This document shows, in pieces, positions 62,601-64,000 of a stretch of 64,000 nt of DNA. Position numbers and translations under genes: made by a program. The stretch spans positions 228 to 64,227 of the forward strand of contig JACKHP010000024.1 of assembly GCA_020638905.1 (NCBI GenBank), read 5' to 3'. Position 1 is the first letter of the stretch; every line of letters starts with the position of its first letter. The notes below the pieces were generated by a model that saw nothing but the letters and a program-made list of their open reading frames with translations, was not told the origin of the DNA and did not search any database. Source of the stretch: Planctomycetota bacterium (GTDB taxonomy: Bacteria > Planctomycetota > B15-G4).

Positions 62601-63293
62601 CGGCGTGAGCGAGCTGCCCGAGAGCGAGCCGCCCACGTCGAACTCGAGGAAGCCCGGTCCCCCGCCCGCGACGTCGAACTCGGCCACCGCGAGCATCCAG
62701 CCGTGCCCGGGGAAGACCGACTCGGCGCCGCCGAACGAGGCCCACGTGGGACGCCGTGTGATCTCCTCGAAGCGCACGTCGCCCTCGGGTCCGCGCACCA
62801 CGCGGGAAGGATCGAAGTCGGCCGTGATCAACGGGTCGCGGCCGGCGGCGCGCGGGTCGGCGCTCGGGAACAGCGGCCCGATCGTCCACCAGTGCGCCAG
62901 GAAGTCGGGGTACAGATCGTCGCCCAGCGACTCGGCCGGCGCGAAACGCGTGGCCACGTCGGCCGCGAACACGTCGAGCCGGCGCGCGGCGGCGGGCGAC
63001 AGCTCGTCGGCCACGGTCTGCAGCGACGCGACGACGTCGGGCAGCGCGTCGGGACGCAGCAGCGTGCCGGCCCGGTCGGCGAGCAGCGTCAGGGTCGCGT
63101 CGACGAGCGGGTGCGTCGGTTCGTCGAGGATCATCGAGACCCAGCTCGCGACGAGCCGGTCGGCGTCGCCGCCGCGGTCGAGGGGATGGTCGAGCAGGAG
63201 CTGCGACCAGGTCTCGTCGTCGGTCTGCGCGTACAGCGCGAGCGGCAGCAGCAGCCACGCGGCCAGGGCGAAGACGGTCTTGCGGGCGATCAC
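59628..63293 (-). CDS. Large secreted protein: unassigned N-domain + TPR-like repeats + DUF3857-like / transglutaminase-like / DUF3858-like regions
   Basis: GTG 63293 overlaps the upstream stop (GTGA). Signal TVFALAAWLLLPLALYAQ. TPR-like helices (ALDLLQQLTEAHPRQVDSLLATAQLY...). GNPCFLYAALLQAADVPHALVW. Confidence 0.7.
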   Translation of the reverse strand: MIARKTVFALAAWLLLPLALYAQTDDETWSQLLLDHPLDRGGDADRLVASWVSMILDEPTHPLVDATLTLLADRAGTLLRPDALPDVVASLQTVADELSPAAARRLDVFAADVATRFAPAESLGDDLYPDFLAHWWTIGPLFPSADPRAAGRDPLITADFDPSRVVRGPEGDVRFEEITRRPTWASFGGAESVFPGHGWMLAVAEFDVAGGGPGFLEFDVGGSLSGSSLTPPVWAWSLDGDGPLIEDEVLPQRRGRVQHRGVVFREGRNRLVLHLHVDSGLQIGVRVLGSDGRPHPGLREASTSAPLGAGTFGGSSIVPAVNDGSLEYLQAQTDRSPDAEALLGVLLCLDGRASDGRAHLRAAIDAIAASPGLLMWLARFTEGDDDLPDTWRKTKGRALVEQAHELDGKRLDAGLELADLLRKEDREQEALDLLQQLTEAHPRQVDSLLATAQLYASFDMDAAADEARGEAYARAPECPRVLEALAARDFQVGRRSRAFERRVLALRSAGATTGSLGRLADAARALGRPEQALALLTESEWREGRPGESLQRAQLLADLGRGDEALPVIERVMARHPRWSWPPTLAADVLRAQGDAAGEKAMLERALAVSPGWRMVRDRLADAGVPDLARALFERFDVSRDDVMASYDGGAQVDSVVKLLDAAVVVVLENGVVDTLTHEIAQARDLQGCETLGTQKPQGDVLKLEVIDADGTVHQPVEVDGDYVMPSLEPGDFVESLTRTIWNAPWDGVVRPGRWTFASQDEPFLRSRYVIAVPKSLPLRVVEGHFDGTHETFDEGAWTIHVWETLDRARVVPEPFQPPRDWFLPWVELGVDRDIDASLEGLRRQSLALSSVTPEVVDAAREATDGVEGDLERARALHDFVRDALDQRSPQWGMSATASLLAREGNPCFLYAALLQAADVPHALVWTRGVSPEGDSDPDPAFPEASRLQGDLLVRVEPRDGPSVLCDLSSRTMPYGVWKQDAPRAEAFSVTRDGGERTALPDVAPDERPGLVLHFDLVLDADGGADVRATAALTGGPGHLFKEQVGEVPKAMLTLAGNQIAGQILPGISVSDVQLVGLDDERPLSAELTGRIDRFLDVDDGQLVTPLPFPALELAGTLAGEGERRLPFFFPSSWLAVQRFTADVHVPPELEPVELPHGLHVEEAGARYELAIERDDDGVLHLRRDLFVPPISIPAAEHAELLDAARRIDEAERGRLRFVRR

Positions 63294-64000
63294 AGCGAAC
63301 CCTCCGCGCCGGCACCGGGGACGACGCGCACCGTCCGGCGTTCGGCCTGCTCGACCTGGTGCAGCGCGTCGCGGAAGTCGGCGTAGCGCTCGAGCGGCAC
63401 GCGCCGCGTCTCGAGCGAGAAGCGGCGGCGCACGCGCACGCCGCCGTCGACGGGCTCGACCGTCTGGCGGTAGTCGAGCAGCCCCTCGGCCGAGACGTGG
63501 ATCTCGGGCGGCGTCGACTGCAGGCTCGCCCCGGGCGGCAGCGTCCAGGTCACGTCGGTCTCCTGAGCGTAGGGACGGTCGAGCACGACGTCGTAGAGCC
63601 GGTCGACCGGCGGTTCGGCGGCCAGCGACGAGATGCCGAGGTCGTCGAAGCCCACGCGCAGCGAGCGCAGCCGGCCCTCGGACGTCCACAGGTTCTTGGC
63701 CGCGAAGCGCGCGTCGAGCGTGGCCGGCTCGGTGATGTCCTCGAGGTCGGACGTCGCGATGCTCTCGACCGTGACCGAGCCGAAGCCCGCGTCGAGCTCC
63801 TGGGCGAGCTGCGACTCCTGACCGCCGGTGCCGCCGCCGTAGCGGTAGCGCAGCATGACGGCGTACATGCCGTCGCTGCGGTCGGACAGCTCGACCTCGC
63901 CGCTGCCGTCGTCGTTCAGCGCGACGCGGTACGTCCGGCGCAGGGCGTTCTCGTCGGGCGTCGCGTACGGGATGTCGTGCAGCTCGCCGCCGCGCTCGGA
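63290..64000 (-). CDS. C-terminal part of a paralogous DUF3858-like protein; N-terminus beyond the window end
   Basis: The frame is open to position 64000 (...SERGGELHDIPYATPDENALRRTYRVALNDDGSGEVELSDRSDGMYAVMLRYRYGG...). Its C-terminus is colinear by eye with that of 59628..63293. Confidence 0.65.
   Translation of the reverse strand, partial: SERGGELHDIPYATPDENALRRTYRVALNDDGSGEVELSDRSDGMYAVMLRYRYGGGTGGQESQLAQELDAGFGSVTVESIATSDLEDITEPATLDARFAAKNLWTSEGRLRSLRVGFDDLGISSLAAEPPVDRLYDVVLDRPYAQETDVTWTLPPGASLQSTPPEIHVSAEGLLDYRQTVEPVDGGVRVRRRFSLETRRVPLERYADFRDALHQVEQAERRTVRVVPGAGAEGSL

Overview
Very GC-rich (roughly 70% by eye, not computed) bacterial chromosomal window. It is tightly packed with about 45 protein-coding genes. 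I saw no rRNA, tRNA, CRISPR array, transposase, integrase or prophage block. The gene content includes Planctomycete-type cytochrome c domains, a PVC-type dehydrogenase/HEAT/CxxCH protein, at least seven DUF1080-type jelly-roll domains, sulfatase-like enzymes and many secreted or lipoproteins. This points to a Planctomycetota/PVC-like organism, which is an inference. Most long ORFs in the six-frame track are Arg/Ala-rich antisense or out-of-frame artefacts of the high GC. I chose real genes by recognisable motifs, signal peptides, avoidance of A/T at codon position 3, SD-like sequences and recurrent 4-nt start/stop overlaps (ATGA/GTGA). All family names come from motif recognition by eye; no search was run. 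Main points of interest: (1) a same-strand envelope gene set at 52964-58844, comprising an M14 peptidase, a 14-Cys orphan, a lipobox/His-rich beta-barrel, and a collagen + beta-helix + S74 autochaperone fibre protein outside any prophage; (2) a haem-c/DUF1080/beta-propeller cluster at 38409-48831 that looks like a periplasmic sugar-oxidation electron-transfer module; (3) an AlkD-like DNA-repair protein carrying a roughly 130-aa histone-H1-like Lys/Pro/Ala repeat tail; (4) a 780-nt non-coding, hairpin-dense island at 58845-59627; (5) a frame-hopping, apparently decayed N-terminal region in front of a sulfatase-like ORF at 8178-9071; (6) several enzyme-fold proteins with substituted catalytic residues; (7) a C-terminal module shared by two unrelated secreted proteins.
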